Part shown: piece by piece, positions 1 through 9,586 of the stretch
Position numbering within the stretch: position 1 is the stretch's first letter
Layout of the letters: each line of letters opens with the position of its first letter
Assembly: GCA_964582365.1 (NCBI GenBank)
Contig: CAZOQV010000001.1
Span: 12,712-76,711 of the forward strand
DNA from: an uncultured Gammaproteobacteria bacterium
GTDB lineage: Bacteria; Patescibacteriota; Microgenomatia; UBA12405
Reading direction: 5' to 3'
DNA: 64,000 nucleotides
Notes under the pieces: model-generated
Database searches by the model: none
What the model saw: the letters and a program-made list of their open reading frames with translations, nothing else
Told to the model about the DNA's origin: nothing
Translations under genes and position numbers: made by a program

Positions 1-2
1 CC

Positions 3-3000
3 ACTGGTGTTTTTCTCGCTCCTTCATTATCTACAGTCGCCACTGATACCAATGGTGATAATCTCCAATACAAAATTGAAATCTGTACTGATTCAGCCAT
101 GTCTGTTGGTTGTACTATTTTTGATCAAACTTCTTCTAATGTTGGTTGGTCAGGTCAAGACATTGGTACTTCTGCCTATTCTTCGGGCACAACTGCTACC
201 TACACTCTTCAATCCCAACTAGATGTTGGTACTTCTTACTTCTGGCGTTCTTATGCCATTGATTACTTAGGTATTAATCGTTGGTCAGAAACTCAAGCCA
301 CTCCTTATTCTTTTGTCACTAACGACAAACCTTTCACCCCTAATTTAATTGTTCCCAGCATTGGCGCTACTGATGTTTTTATTACTCCCACTTTTCAAAC
401 TGTGGCCACTGATGTTAACAACAATCCTCTTCAATACGAACTAAAAATCTGTACTGATTCTGATATGACTACTAATTGTCAAACTTTTGATCAAAGCACT
501 AACAATAGTGGTTGGTCAGGTCAGAATGTTGGTACTTCTGCCTATTCTTCGGGCACCACTGCTACCTATGTTCTCTCAATTGGAAATTCTCTAGCCAAAA
601 ATACTACCTATTATTGGAAAACCCGAGCCAAAGATTATTCTGGCTCTAACACCTGGTCTGAAACTCAAAGTACTCCCAATTCTTTTGTCACTGGTGCTAG
701 TTTTGTCCCTCTTGTCCCAAATTTAATTTATCCGGGCACTGACACTTTTTTAAGCACTGGTGTCACTTATTCTACCATTGCAACTTATCCAAATTCTGTT
801 ACTTCTGCCGATGTCAATAATGATGGTCAACCTGATTTAATTACTGCTAATTCTGGTAGTCCTGATTCCATTACTGTTTTTATCAATAAATATGGTATTG
901 GTTCTAGTACTTTTAGCTCTGGTGTTAATTATTCGACCATTGGAGTTAATCCAACTTCTATCACCTCTGCCGATGTCAATGGTGATGGTCAGTCTGATTT
1001 AATTACTGCTAATTGGAGTGGTAACATCACTGTCTTTATCAATAAATATGGTATTGGTTCTAGTACTTTTAGTGTTGGTGTTACTTATCCAACTATTGGG
1101 TCTAGTCCAACTTCTGTCACCTCTGCCGATGTCAATGGTGATGGTCAGTCTGATTTAATTACTGCTAATTGGAGTGGTAACATCACTGTCTTTATCAATA
1201 AATATGGTATTGGTTCTAGTACTTTTAGTGTTGGTGTTACTTATCCATTTCCTGGATCAAATCTAGTAGACCATTTTGTCACTTCTGCCGATGTTAATGG
1301 TGACAATCAACCTGATTTAATTACTGCCAATGATTATGCTAACGACATCACTATTTTTATTAATAAATATGGTATTGGTTCTAGTACTTTTAGTACTGGT
1401 GTTAATTATTCAACTATTGGAACTTCTCCACGTTCTGTCACTTCTGCTGATCTTAATAGTGATGGTCAACCTGATTTAATTACTGCTGATTATAGTAGCA
1501 ACAACATTACTATTTTTACTAATAAATATGGTATTGGTTCTAGTACTTTTGACGTTGGTGTTACTTATCCAACTATTGGTACTAATCCACGTTCTGTCAC
1601 TTCTGCCGATATCAATGGTGATGGTAAGCAAGATTTAATTACTGTTAATTATGGTACTCCTGATTCTTTAACAATCTTTAATAACAATGGTGATGGTACT
1701 TTTAGTATTGGTGTTACTTATCCAACTATTGGAACTGATCCATATTCTGTCACTTCTGCCGATGTCAATAGTGACGGTAGGGCTGATTTAATTACTGCCA
1801 ATTATAATAGTAGTAAAAACATCACTGTTTTTACTAATAATCATTCTTCTAACATTTCCCTTACTCCTCTTTTCCAAACAGTTACCACTGATACTGAGAA
1901 TGATTATCTTCAATATCAAATAAAGTACTGTACTGATCTTGCCATGTCTGTTGGTTGTACTACTTTTGATCAGACTAGTTCTAATGTTGGTTGGTCATCT
2001 CAAGATGTCGGTACTTCTGCCTATTCTTCAGGCACCACTGCTTCTTATGCTCTTTCTATTGGTAATTCTCTTACTGAAGGTACCACCTATTATTGGCAAT
2101 CCCAAGCCATTGATCCTGCTGGTAAAAATGAATGGTCTGATACTCAAACCACTCCTTTTACTTTTACTACTGGAGTCAGACCTAATACTCCTGTCTTAAC
2201 TTCTCCTGCAATTGGTACTACTGAAGTTTCTCGTACTCCATCCTTATCCACAGTGGCCACTGATACTAATAGTGATAATCTCCAATACAAATTTGAAATT
2301 TGTACCGATTCAGGTATGACTACCAACTGTCAAATTTTTGATCAAACTAGTTCTAATGTTGGTTGGTCAGGTCAAAACATTGGTACTTCTGCCTATTCTT
2401 CGGGCACAACTGCTACTTACATTCTTCAATCACCCTTAGATGTTGGTACTTCTTACTTCTGGCGTTCTTATGCTATTGATTATTCCAGTACCAATCGTTG
2501 GTCGTTAACCCAATCAACTGTTTATTCTTTTGTTACCATTCTTGACCAAATTCCCAATCCTCCTTTTCTTCCCTATGTCAACGACATTACTGCTCAGGCT
2601 GGCCAACAAACTCCAGTTAGTGGTTTAATCGATCATACTCCCGCCTTTTCGGCTGTTTTTGATGATCCGGACACTTCCGATACCAGTTCATTTTATCAGC
2701 TTCAAATAGGTACAGACACAGATTGGGCTAGTGCTGAAATTTGGGACAGTACTAAATCTTCAATTGGCAGTACTTGTAACGAAAATTCTCGTTGTGCCGA
2801 TATTGTTTATGGTGGGGGAACCAGCCTTGCCGATGGTTCCACCTATTATTGGCGAATTAAATTTTGGGATAATTTCGACGCCGAAGGTTCTTGGTCTGAC
2901 ACTCAACAATTTTCCATGAATAGTGTTCCAGTTGTTTCTAATGTCGTTATCAATGGTAATAATAGTATTAATCTTTCTGAAAATTTAACCATCGGTATCA

Positions 3001-3707
3001 GTTGGGTTTCTACTGTCACTGACGCCGACACTTATTTAAATCTTTCCTCTGCTACGGGTAAAATTTACCGTTCTGGACTTGGTTCAACTTGCACTTTAGA
3101 TAATAATAATTGTTATCAAGACGCTAGTTGTAATTTTTATAATTGTAGTGACAATTCTTGTTCTGTACTTTGTAGTGCCGATCTTTATTTCTTTACCGAG
3201 GCCACCGATGAAGGTTCTACTTTTGCCAGTCAACATTATGAAGCTTGGGTTGAAGTCACCGACATTGAAAGTGAAGTTGGCTCCACTATCAGCAGTTCTA
3301 CTACCGTCGATGTTAACACCATGTCTGCTTTTAGCATCGGTACTTCGATTTTTTATGGTGAAGTTTTTGCCGGCAGTGACACTGGTTCCAGCAATGCCAT
3401 CACCACCGTTACTAATACTGGTAATTCTTTAATTAATTTGGAAATTACAGGGGATTATCTCTGTACCGATTACCCCAGTTGTGGAGATCAAACCATTGAG
3501 CCTTACAATCAACAATATAATTTATCAACCTTTAGTTACGGTACTGGAACCACTTTAAGCACTTCACCTCAGAGTGTTGAAGTTGGTATTTCCAAGCCAA
3601 CCGAATCTCCATCTAATTCATTTAAAAATTTATATTGGGGCATTGGTATTCCTAACTTAAAAGAACCAGGGAATTATCAAGGAGCCACCACTATTTTATT
3701 TTATTAA
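3..3707 (+). CDS. Large secreted repeat protein/adhesin: Cys-containing Fn3-like repeats, 7-blade FG-GAP (VCBS) propeller, C-terminal WxL-like domain; 5' end lies outside the window
   Basis: Frame is open from base 3 (TGVFLAPSLSTVATD... precedes the Met at 99). Seven SADVNGDGxxDLITAN motifs and four ICTD..C..FDQT..GWSGQ..GTSAYSSGTTATY units. Confidence 0.85.
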   Translation, partial: TGVFLAPSLSTVATDTNGDNLQYKIEICTDSAMSVGCTIFDQTSSNVGWSGQDIGTSAYSSGTTATYTLQSQLDVGTSYFWRSYAIDYLGINRWSETQATPYSFVTNDKPFTPNLIVPSIGATDVFITPTFQTVATDVNNNPLQYELKICTDSDMTTNCQTFDQSTNNSGWSGQNVGTSAYSSGTTATYVLSIGNSLAKNTTYYWKTRAKDYSGSNTWSETQSTPNSFVTGASFVPLVPNLIYPGTDTFLSTGVTYSTIATYPNSVTSADVNNDGQPDLITANSGSPDSITVFINKYGIGSSTFSSGVNYSTIGVNPTSITSADVNGDGQSDLITANWSGNITVFINKYGIGSSTFSVGVTYPTIGSSPTSVTSADVNGDGQSDLITANWSGNITVFINKYGIGSSTFSVGVTYPFPGSNLVDHFVTSADVNGDNQPDLITANDYANDITIFINKYGIGSSTFSTGVNYSTIGTSPRSVTSADLNSDGQPDLITADYSSNNITIFTNKYGIGSSTFDVGVTYPTIGTNPRSVTSADINGDGKQDLITVNYGTPDSLTIFNNNGDGTFSIGVTYPTIGTDPYSVTSADVNSDGRADLITANYNSSKNITVFTNNHSSNISLTPLFQTVTTDTENDYLQYQIKYCTDLAMSVGCTTFDQTSSNVGWSSQDVGTSAYSSGTTASYALSIGNSLTEGTTYYWQSQAIDPAGKNEWSDTQTTPFTFTTGVRPNTPVLTSPAIGTTEVSRTPSLSTVATDTNSDNLQYKFEICTDSGMTTNCQIFDQTSSNVGWSGQNIGTSAYSSGTTATYILQSPLDVGTSYFWRSYAIDYSSTNRWSLTQSTVYSFVTILDQIPNPPFLPYVNDITAQAGQQTPVSGLIDHTPAFSAVFDDPDTSDTSSFYQLQIGTDTDWASAEIWDSTKSSIGSTCNENSRCADIVYGGGTSLADGSTYYWRIKFWDNFDAEGSWSDTQQFSMNSVPVVSNVVINGNNSINLSENLTIGISWVSTVTDADTYLNLSSATGKIYRSGLGSTCTLDNNNCYQDASCNFYNCSDNSCSVLCSADLYFFTEATDEGSTFASQHYEAWVEVTDIESEVGSTISSSTTVDVNTMSAFSIGTSIFYGEVFAGSDTGSSNAITTVTNTGNSLINLEITGDYLCTDYPSCGDQTIEPYNQQYNLSTFSYGTGTTLSTSPQSVEVGISKPTESPSNSFKNLYWGIGIPNLKEPGNYQGATTILFY
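744..1842 (+). repeat. Seven tandem FG-GAP/VCBS repeats (~156-165 nt unit)
   Basis: Recurrent DxNxDGxxD Ca-binding loops. 961-1091 and 1117-1247 are an identical 131-nt pair. Confidence 0.9.
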
Positions 3708-3803
3708 TTAACAAAATAATCTCGATAAAAGCACCTAATTTGATACATTGATTTTATTTTACATAACCATTATAGTTTTAAATAGAAAGTAACAAAAAAA
3801 ATT

Positions 3804-5471
3804 ATGAAATTAAGTTCGAAAAAAATTATTATTTGTCTAGTTTTCATTGCTGTATTTTTACTGCCCATTAAAAAAATTCTGGCCGAAACTATTGCCACTT
3901 CTGTCATTGTTGGTAATTCCGCTCCTACTTTTAGTGTTCAACCTTTTGAAACAATTGCTTCTACCACCGCCGCTCCAACCAATGTCGGTTCTACTGTAAC
4001 TTTTCAAGCCACTGGTACCGATGGTAATAATGAAAATTATTATTTAGCTATTTGTAAGACCAATGCCATTACTGCCAATAACAACGGTGCTCCAACTTGT
4101 ACAGGTGGTTATTGGTGTATTTCTGGTTCCACCACTTCTGGTAGTCCTGGTAGCTGTGGTTTTGGTACTCTTCAAGCCACCCCAGAATCCAACAACTGGT
4201 ATGCTTTTATTTGTGATCATTCACCGTCTTCTGCTTGTTCAGCTTCCTCTCAAGGTACTGTTGGCGGTAACGGTTCTCCATTCGAAGTTAATCACCCTCC
4301 ATCATTTGTTTCAATCGGGGTTACCACTCCTTTAAGCCCAGGTTCAACTCAAACCTGGTCTACTACCATCGGTACTTCTGATGCCGACACCGGTGCCAGT
4401 GATACTGTCAATCTTGTTGTCTGTAAAACCACTGGTATTACCAATGGGGCTTGTGACGGTGGTGCCGCCGATACTTGGTGTAGCAGTTCTCCGGTTGCTA
4501 GTGCTCCAAGCTGTTCTATCGGTATCAGTATTCCCACTCTCGACATAGGTTATACTGCTTTTGTTTATGTTTTTGATAATCACAATTTAGCCGCCACTGG
4601 TGCTGTTCAAGCCAGTGTTGCCAATTATGTAATAAATAATATTGCTCCAGTTGTTAGTGCCATCACTTTAAATAGTTCGGTTGGAACCAGTGACATTACT
4701 TTAAATGAAGGCGCCACTACTCCAGTTGTTCTAGGTGCCACCATTACTGACAACAACGGTTGTCTTGATCTTGATTCTGTAGTTGCCAGTCTTTATCGTT
4801 CCGGTATTGGTTATTCAGATTGTGATACCGAGGGTGAAGCTAACCCTAACAATTGTTATCCCGCCATGACTTGTGAGGTTAATAATGCCGTCAATGCTTG
4901 TAGTGGTGCCACCGATGCCTCTGCCGCTTATATTTGTACTGCCAATGTTAAACATTATGCCGATCCTACGGTTGATAATACCACTTACTCTGCTCAAACT
5001 TGGCTTGATACTTTTAAGGCCAGTGATGAAGCTTTAGACGATGCCCAAACTCTTGGTGCTGGCGTTGAAATGAATGATTTATTAGCCATGGACATTGGTT
5101 CTTCCCTTGCTTTCGGTAATCTTTCTGCTGGTCAAAGTTTAAGCCCTTTAAGTGCTTTAACCGTTGTCACCGCTACTGGTAATGTCGGTCTCGATCAAAC
5201 CCTTGAAGGTACTCACATGTACAGCGTTGGTAACACCATTTCTGTTGAAAACCAAAAGTATTCTTTATCATCAGGAACCTCATATGCCAGTGGTATTGCC
5301 CTCGGTTTAACTCCTGTTGAAGCCGAATTAAATTGTAAAAAAACCACTTCTGATGTTGGTGAAACCAAACCAACCTACTGGGGTATTTACATTCCAATTG
5401 GAACAGTTGCTGGCACTTACGGTGGCACCAACACCGTCATAGCAGTTAAAGGTGAATTTGCCGCGTGGTAA
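3804..5471 (+). CDS. Secreted Cys/Thr/Ser/Gly-rich surface protein whose C-terminal domain is paralogous to that of the upstream adhesin
   Basis: Signal peptide (MKLSSKKIIICLVFIAVFLL..ILA). Shares PVVS..YRSG..C..NNCY..C and TGN..YWGI.IP..G.Y.G..T motifs with the upstream ORF. Confidence 0.85.
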   Translation: MKLSSKKIIICLVFIAVFLLPIKKILAETIATSVIVGNSAPTFSVQPFETIASTTAAPTNVGSTVTFQATGTDGNNENYYLAICKTNAITANNNGAPTCTGGYWCISGSTTSGSPGSCGFGTLQATPESNNWYAFICDHSPSSACSASSQGTVGGNGSPFEVNHPPSFVSIGVTTPLSPGSTQTWSTTIGTSDADTGASDTVNLVVCKTTGITNGACDGGAADTWCSSSPVASAPSCSIGISIPTLDIGYTAFVYVFDNHNLAATGAVQASVANYVINNIAPVVSAITLNSSVGTSDITLNEGATTPVVLGATITDNNGCLDLDSVVASLYRSGIGYSDCDTEGEANPNNCYPAMTCEVNNAVNACSGATDASAAYICTANVKHYADPTVDNTTYSAQTWLDTFKASDEALDDAQTLGAGVEMNDLLAMDIGSSLAFGNLSAGQSLSPLSALTVVTATGNVGLDQTLEGTHMYSVGNTISVENQKYSLSSGTSYASGIALGLTPVEAELNCKKTTSDVGETKPTYWGIYIPIGTVAGTYGGTNTVIAVKGEFAAW

Positions 5472-5479
5472 TATAAATT

Positions 5480-6772
5480 ATGAAAAAACTTAGATTATTA
5501 ATCATACTCTTAACCGCCATTTTACCTTTTGTTTTAACAAAATCAGTTTTTGCCGGTTTTGGCGTTTCTCCAGCCGAAATCTATAACGACAGTCTAAAGC
5601 CAGGAGCAAAATTTGAGAAAGAAATTATTTTATCTAGATCAGATCCAGATGAGAATTTAAAAGTAATTATTGAAACTGATCTTCATGAAGCCGAATCTTG
5701 GATAAAATTTGAACCAGGTCGAGAATTTGTTTTTCCCAAAGGTGAAACTCGTATCTCTTTAAAAGTAACCATTAATGTTCCTGACAATGCTGAATTAAAA
5801 AATTACAAAGGTCTTTTAAGAATTAAAGCCGCATCCATGGATTCCACCAATTCTGGAGTTTCTATCGTCCAAGGTGCTCGCATGGAAGTTAATCTCGTCA
5901 CTACTTCCATTAATGTTGATATTTTAAGCATTAAAGGTTTAAATATTCCTAACGTCGATTTTCAGCAACCGATTAAACTTTTAGTTAATATTGAAAACAA
6001 TGGTAATACTGAAGTTACTCCTTCAAAAATTATTTTAGAAATCCAAGATTTAACTCAAACTACCATTGAAACTCAAGAAGTTACTAAACTTGATAAAGTT
6101 TCTCCCAATACCACCAAAGAAATAACTGCTGAATTTAAAAATAACCTAAACAGTGGTGAATACTTTGGTTTAGTTAAAGTTTATTTAAATGATAAATTAT
6201 TAAGATCTGATCGTTTAGTTTTCAAAATTAATGCCGCTCCAGAAGGTTACGTAGCCTTAACCACTAAAGATGCTAACTTGTTCTCCCGAATTTTTACTTT
6301 TATTAAAAATAATAAAGTCGAAACCATCGCCTTTATTTTAATTCCTCTGTTACCAATTCTTATTGGCTACATCTTATTTAAAAAATCGAAATCAACCAAG
6401 TTAAGGGTAATCTTTTTTATCGCCACTCTTGCCTATATAATTTTTATCATTATTTTAATCAGCCTTTATCATCAGAAACGTCTTAACGATCTCGCTAAAC
6501 CAGGTGATGGGGGAAATGTTCAAGGAGAAATGATTGAAGTAACTCCAACCGATATTCCCAAAGTATCTTCTCAGTCTCCTTTAATAGTAAATCAAGACAA
6601 TACTGGTTATTCTGTTTATCGAATTCCAGATTTAAGTTCCAATATCGTTTATACCGCGGTTGAGAATGAAAAACTCAATGTCGTTGGCGAAATAGAAGGT
6701 TGGTACCAGGTTTTAACCAGTAAAGGGGCTGGTGGTTGGTTACCAAAATCCAGCGTCAAGAAAACACAATAA
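5480..6772 (+). CDS. Membrane-anchored DUF916/DUF3324-like Ig-fold protein with two TM helices and C-terminal SH3b-like domain
   Basis: Signal peptide, GVSP..LKPG and NIENNGN motifs, two hydrophobic helices, C-terminal 'VVGEIEGWYQV..GGWLP' SH3 signature. Confidence 0.7.
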   Translation: MKKLRLLIILLTAILPFVLTKSVFAGFGVSPAEIYNDSLKPGAKFEKEIILSRSDPDENLKVIIETDLHEAESWIKFEPGREFVFPKGETRISLKVTINVPDNAELKNYKGLLRIKAASMDSTNSGVSIVQGARMEVNLVTTSINVDILSIKGLNIPNVDFQQPIKLLVNIENNGNTEVTPSKIILEIQDLTQTTIETQEVTKLDKVSPNTTKEITAEFKNNLNSGEYFGLVKVYLNDKLLRSDRLVFKINAAPEGYVALTTKDANLFSRIFTFIKNNKVETIAFILIPLLPILIGYILFKKSKSTKLRVIFFIATLAYIIFIIILISLYHQKRLNDLAKPGDGGNVQGEMIEVTPTDIPKVSSQSPLIVNQDNTGYSVYRIPDLSSNIVYTAVENEKLNVVGEIEGWYQVLTSKGAGGWLPKSSVKKTQ

Positions 6773-6791
6773 TTGTGTAGTAAAATAGGTG

Positions 6792-8477
6792 ATGACTTCA
6801 AATTTCTCCACTATTAAAATTGCTGGTCCAGCTGGTTCTGGAATTAAATCTGCCGGCCAACTTTTTTCTAAAATTTTAATTGATCATGGTTTTAACTTAG
6901 CCGATTATAGCGAATATCCGTCTCTTGTTAGGGGAGGGCACAACACTTATCAAATCACTTTTTCCGATCAAAAAGTTTTTTCTACCCATTTTAACGTCGA
7001 TTTATTCTTTTCTGTTTATCCGGGGCATTGGCAACAACATCAAGATGAATTTACTAAATCAACTCTCATTTTTTCCGAAGAAGATTTTTCTGGTGCTAAA
7101 TCTAAAGCCAATTTTATTAATCTTCCTTTAAAAGAAATGGCCACTCAAGCTGGTAGTTCTTTAGTTATTAATACTCTTTGTTTGGGTGTTGCCACTTATC
7201 TTTACAATTTAGATGCCAAAAAAGCTAAAGAATTTATTTGTGAAGCCTATGCTAAATATGGCGAAATAAATTGCAATGCCTTTGATTTATCCTATGAATA
7301 CGCCAAAAATAATCTTTCTAAATTTCAAATTAAAATTAAAAAACCAGTTAAAAAAACCAAAATGGGTTTTAACGAAGGTAATGAAGCTTTCGGCTGGGGA
7401 TTCATCAAGGGTGGTGGTAAATTTTACGCCGCTTACCCTATGACTCCCGCCACTGGCACTCTTCACTTCTTGGCCAACAAACAAGCCGAGTTTAAATTAA
7501 CTGTTGTTCATCCAGAAGACGAGATTGCTGCCGCCAATATGGCTGCTGGAGCCGCTTTTGCCGGTGCCCGCAGCGCCACTGGCACTTCAGGTGGTGGTTT
7601 TGCTCTTATGAATGAAGTTGTTAGTTTTTGCGGTATCACTGAAATTGGTATGGTTTATTATTTAGTTTCTCGTCCTGGTCCGGCCACTGGTCTTCCCACT
7701 TGGACCAGCCAAGGTGATTTACTCCACGCTATTTATTCTGGTCACGGTGAATTTTCTAAAGTTGTTTTAGCCCCCGGTGATGTTGATGAATCTTTTGAAT
7801 TAGGCTACACCTCACTTAACTTAGCCGCTCGACTTCAAACTCCAATTATCGTCGTTAGTGATAAATTAATTGGTGAGTCAAGCTCCAGCACTAAATATTT
7901 TCCCGATATTGATGTAAAAATAGACGCAGGTGAAATAAAAACCGAAATAGAAGAAACTGATTTCAAAAGATACGCTTTCACCAAAGATGGCATTTCTCCA
8001 CTTTCTTTGCCAGGCACTCCTGGTGGTGAATTTTTATGTAACAGTTACGAACATGATGAATTTGGTTTTGCTACCGAAGATGCTGTTTTGGCCGAAAAAA
8101 TGTTTAATAAAAGAATGGCTAAACTAGAAATTGCTCAAAAAATCTGTCCTAAGGCCAATTTCTTTGCTTCCAAAAAAGCTAAAAAATTAATTTTAACTTG
8201 GGGTTCTCCCAAAGGTGCCATTTTAGAAGCCTTAAAATTAATGGACAACAAGGAAGATTTCGCTGTTTTACAATTAAAAACTCTTTGGCCAATTAATCCT
8301 GAAATTAAAACCATTATCAATGCTTTCAAAAAAATTATTGTTATTGAAAATAACGGTACCAATCAATTAATTACTCTTTTAAAATCTCAATTCGATTTTA
8401 ATCCTACTACTATTATCAATAAAAATAATGGCCGCCCTTTCTTCCCAGAAGAAATTATTGATTTACTTAAAAAGTGA
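6792..8477 (+). CDS. korA: 2-oxoacid:ferredoxin oxidoreductase, alpha subunit (gamma-alpha fusion)
   Basis: GPAGSGIKSAG, EYPSLVRGGH, YPMTPAT, EDEIAA, TSGGGFALM, RPGPATGLPTWTSQGD motifs. Substrate specificity cannot be called. Confidence 0.9.
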   Translation: MTSNFSTIKIAGPAGSGIKSAGQLFSKILIDHGFNLADYSEYPSLVRGGHNTYQITFSDQKVFSTHFNVDLFFSVYPGHWQQHQDEFTKSTLIFSEEDFSGAKSKANFINLPLKEMATQAGSSLVINTLCLGVATYLYNLDAKKAKEFICEAYAKYGEINCNAFDLSYEYAKNNLSKFQIKIKKPVKKTKMGFNEGNEAFGWGFIKGGGKFYAAYPMTPATGTLHFLANKQAEFKLTVVHPEDEIAAANMAAGAAFAGARSATGTSGGGFALMNEVVSFCGITEIGMVYYLVSRPGPATGLPTWTSQGDLLHAIYSGHGEFSKVVLAPGDVDESFELGYTSLNLAARLQTPIIVVSDKLIGESSSSTKYFPDIDVKIDAGEIKTEIEETDFKRYAFTKDGISPLSLPGTPGGEFLCNSYEHDEFGFATEDAVLAEKMFNKRMAKLEIAQKICPKANFFASKKAKKLILTWGSPKGAILEALKLMDNKEDFAVLQLKTLWPINPEIKTIINAFKKIIVIENNGTNQLITLLKSQFDFNPTTIINKNNGRPFFPEEIIDLLKK

Positions 8478-8509
8478 AATTATTAATTCTTAATTATTAA
8501 CTCTTAATT

Positions 8510-9130
8510 ATGATAAATTACCGCTCTAATATCGTTCCAACTTTTTGTCCAGGTTGTCACAATTTTTTTGTCTATGCTGCCATGCAGTCGGCCTTTAATG
8601 CCATAAATTTAAAATCATCCGATTTAGCCATTAATTTTGATATTGGTTGTGTTGGCAATATGGCTGATTTTTTTAAAGTTTACGGCGTTCACACTCTTCA
8701 TGGCCGATCTGTTGCCATGGCTATGGGTGAAAAATTAGCTAACCCTAACTTGACGGTTTGTGTTGTTGGTGGTGATGGTGGTCTTTATGGTGAAGGCTTA
8801 AACCACTTAATTGCCGCCGCCAGATCAAACATAAACATCACTGTTTTTGTTTCTAATAATTATCTTTATAGTCTAACTACTGGTCAAACTAGTCCCACCA
8901 CCCCCAAAGGTTCTCGTACTAAATCCACTCCATTGGGTAACACTAATGAACCTGTCGATATTCTCAAATTAATGACAGCTATTAATCCAAATGTTTTTGT
9001 TAAATCAGTTGATGCCAAAGACATTCAAGAAGTTTCTAAAACATTTAAAGAAGCTTTGGAATTTAAAGGTTTTTCTCTGGTTGAAACTCGTCAAGAATGT
9101 CTCGCTTTTGGTAAACAATTAAAAAGTTAA
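8510..9130 (+). CDS. korB: 2-oxoacid:ferredoxin oxidoreductase, beta (TPP-binding) subunit
   Basis: FCPGC, DIGC, HTLHGR, GGDG..N TPP motif, LTTGQTSPTT; adjacent to the alpha subunit. Confidence 0.9.
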   Translation: MINYRSNIVPTFCPGCHNFFVYAAMQSAFNAINLKSSDLAINFDIGCVGNMADFFKVYGVHTLHGRSVAMAMGEKLANPNLTVCVVGGDGGLYGEGLNHLIAAARSNINITVFVSNNYLYSLTTGQTSPTTPKGSRTKSTPLGNTNEPVDILKLMTAINPNVFVKSVDAKDIQEVSKTFKEALEFKGFSLVETRQECLAFGKQLKS

Positions 9131-9136
9131 ACAAAT

Positions 9137-9541
9137 ATGAATTTGACTTCACCAGCTAATTGGGAAGAATTAGTTAATTTAAAATCAATTTTACCAACTT
9201 GTACCCCAGAATTTGCTCGCTTAGCTGAAGATCTTAGATATTATCGTCTTTATCAAGAACTAGTCCCCAAAAAAATCAGATTAGAGATATTGGAAAGACG
9301 ATTATCTGATGACATTTGTTTTGCTAAAAATATGTTTCCTTATACTCGTCTTTTAGTTAATTTACCAAAAGTAAAACAATATTGTCTTTGGTCAAAAAAT
9401 GGTAAATTGTCCGACGAAGAAGTTGAAGCAAAAATTAATAAAACATTTCCCTCGAAATCATATTTTTGGTTTGAAAATTCAGCAGCCACTAAATCTGTTC
9501 CTGAAATCTGGCATTGCCATGTCTTTGTTAAAGAAGATTAA
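9137..9541 (+). CDS. Gig1/DUF3605-like (HIT-related) protein
   Basis: NMFPY..YCLWS..WFEN..KSVPEIWHCHVF matches the remembered DUF3605 pattern. Confidence 0.6.
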   Translation: MNLTSPANWEELVNLKSILPTCTPEFARLAEDLRYYRLYQELVPKKIRLEILERRLSDDICFAKNMFPYTRLLVNLPKVKQYCLWSKNGKLSDEEVEAKINKTFPSKSYFWFENSAATKSVPEIWHCHVFVKED

Positions 9542-9586
9542 TTTGATATTATTAAAAGGGAAAAATTAAACACCCCTTTTTTAATT

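Noticed and set aside
744-1842. Near-identical repeats as a DGR template/variable pair or CRISPR array
   Set aside because: Repeats are in-frame protein blades, differences include indels and are not adenine-restricted, and there is no reverse transcriptase or cas gene in the window.
9553-9582. aaaaggg...ccctttt hairpin before the IMPDH/GMPR gene as a purine riboswitch
   Set aside because: Too short and lacks the purine-riboswitch core; at most a weak 5' hairpin.
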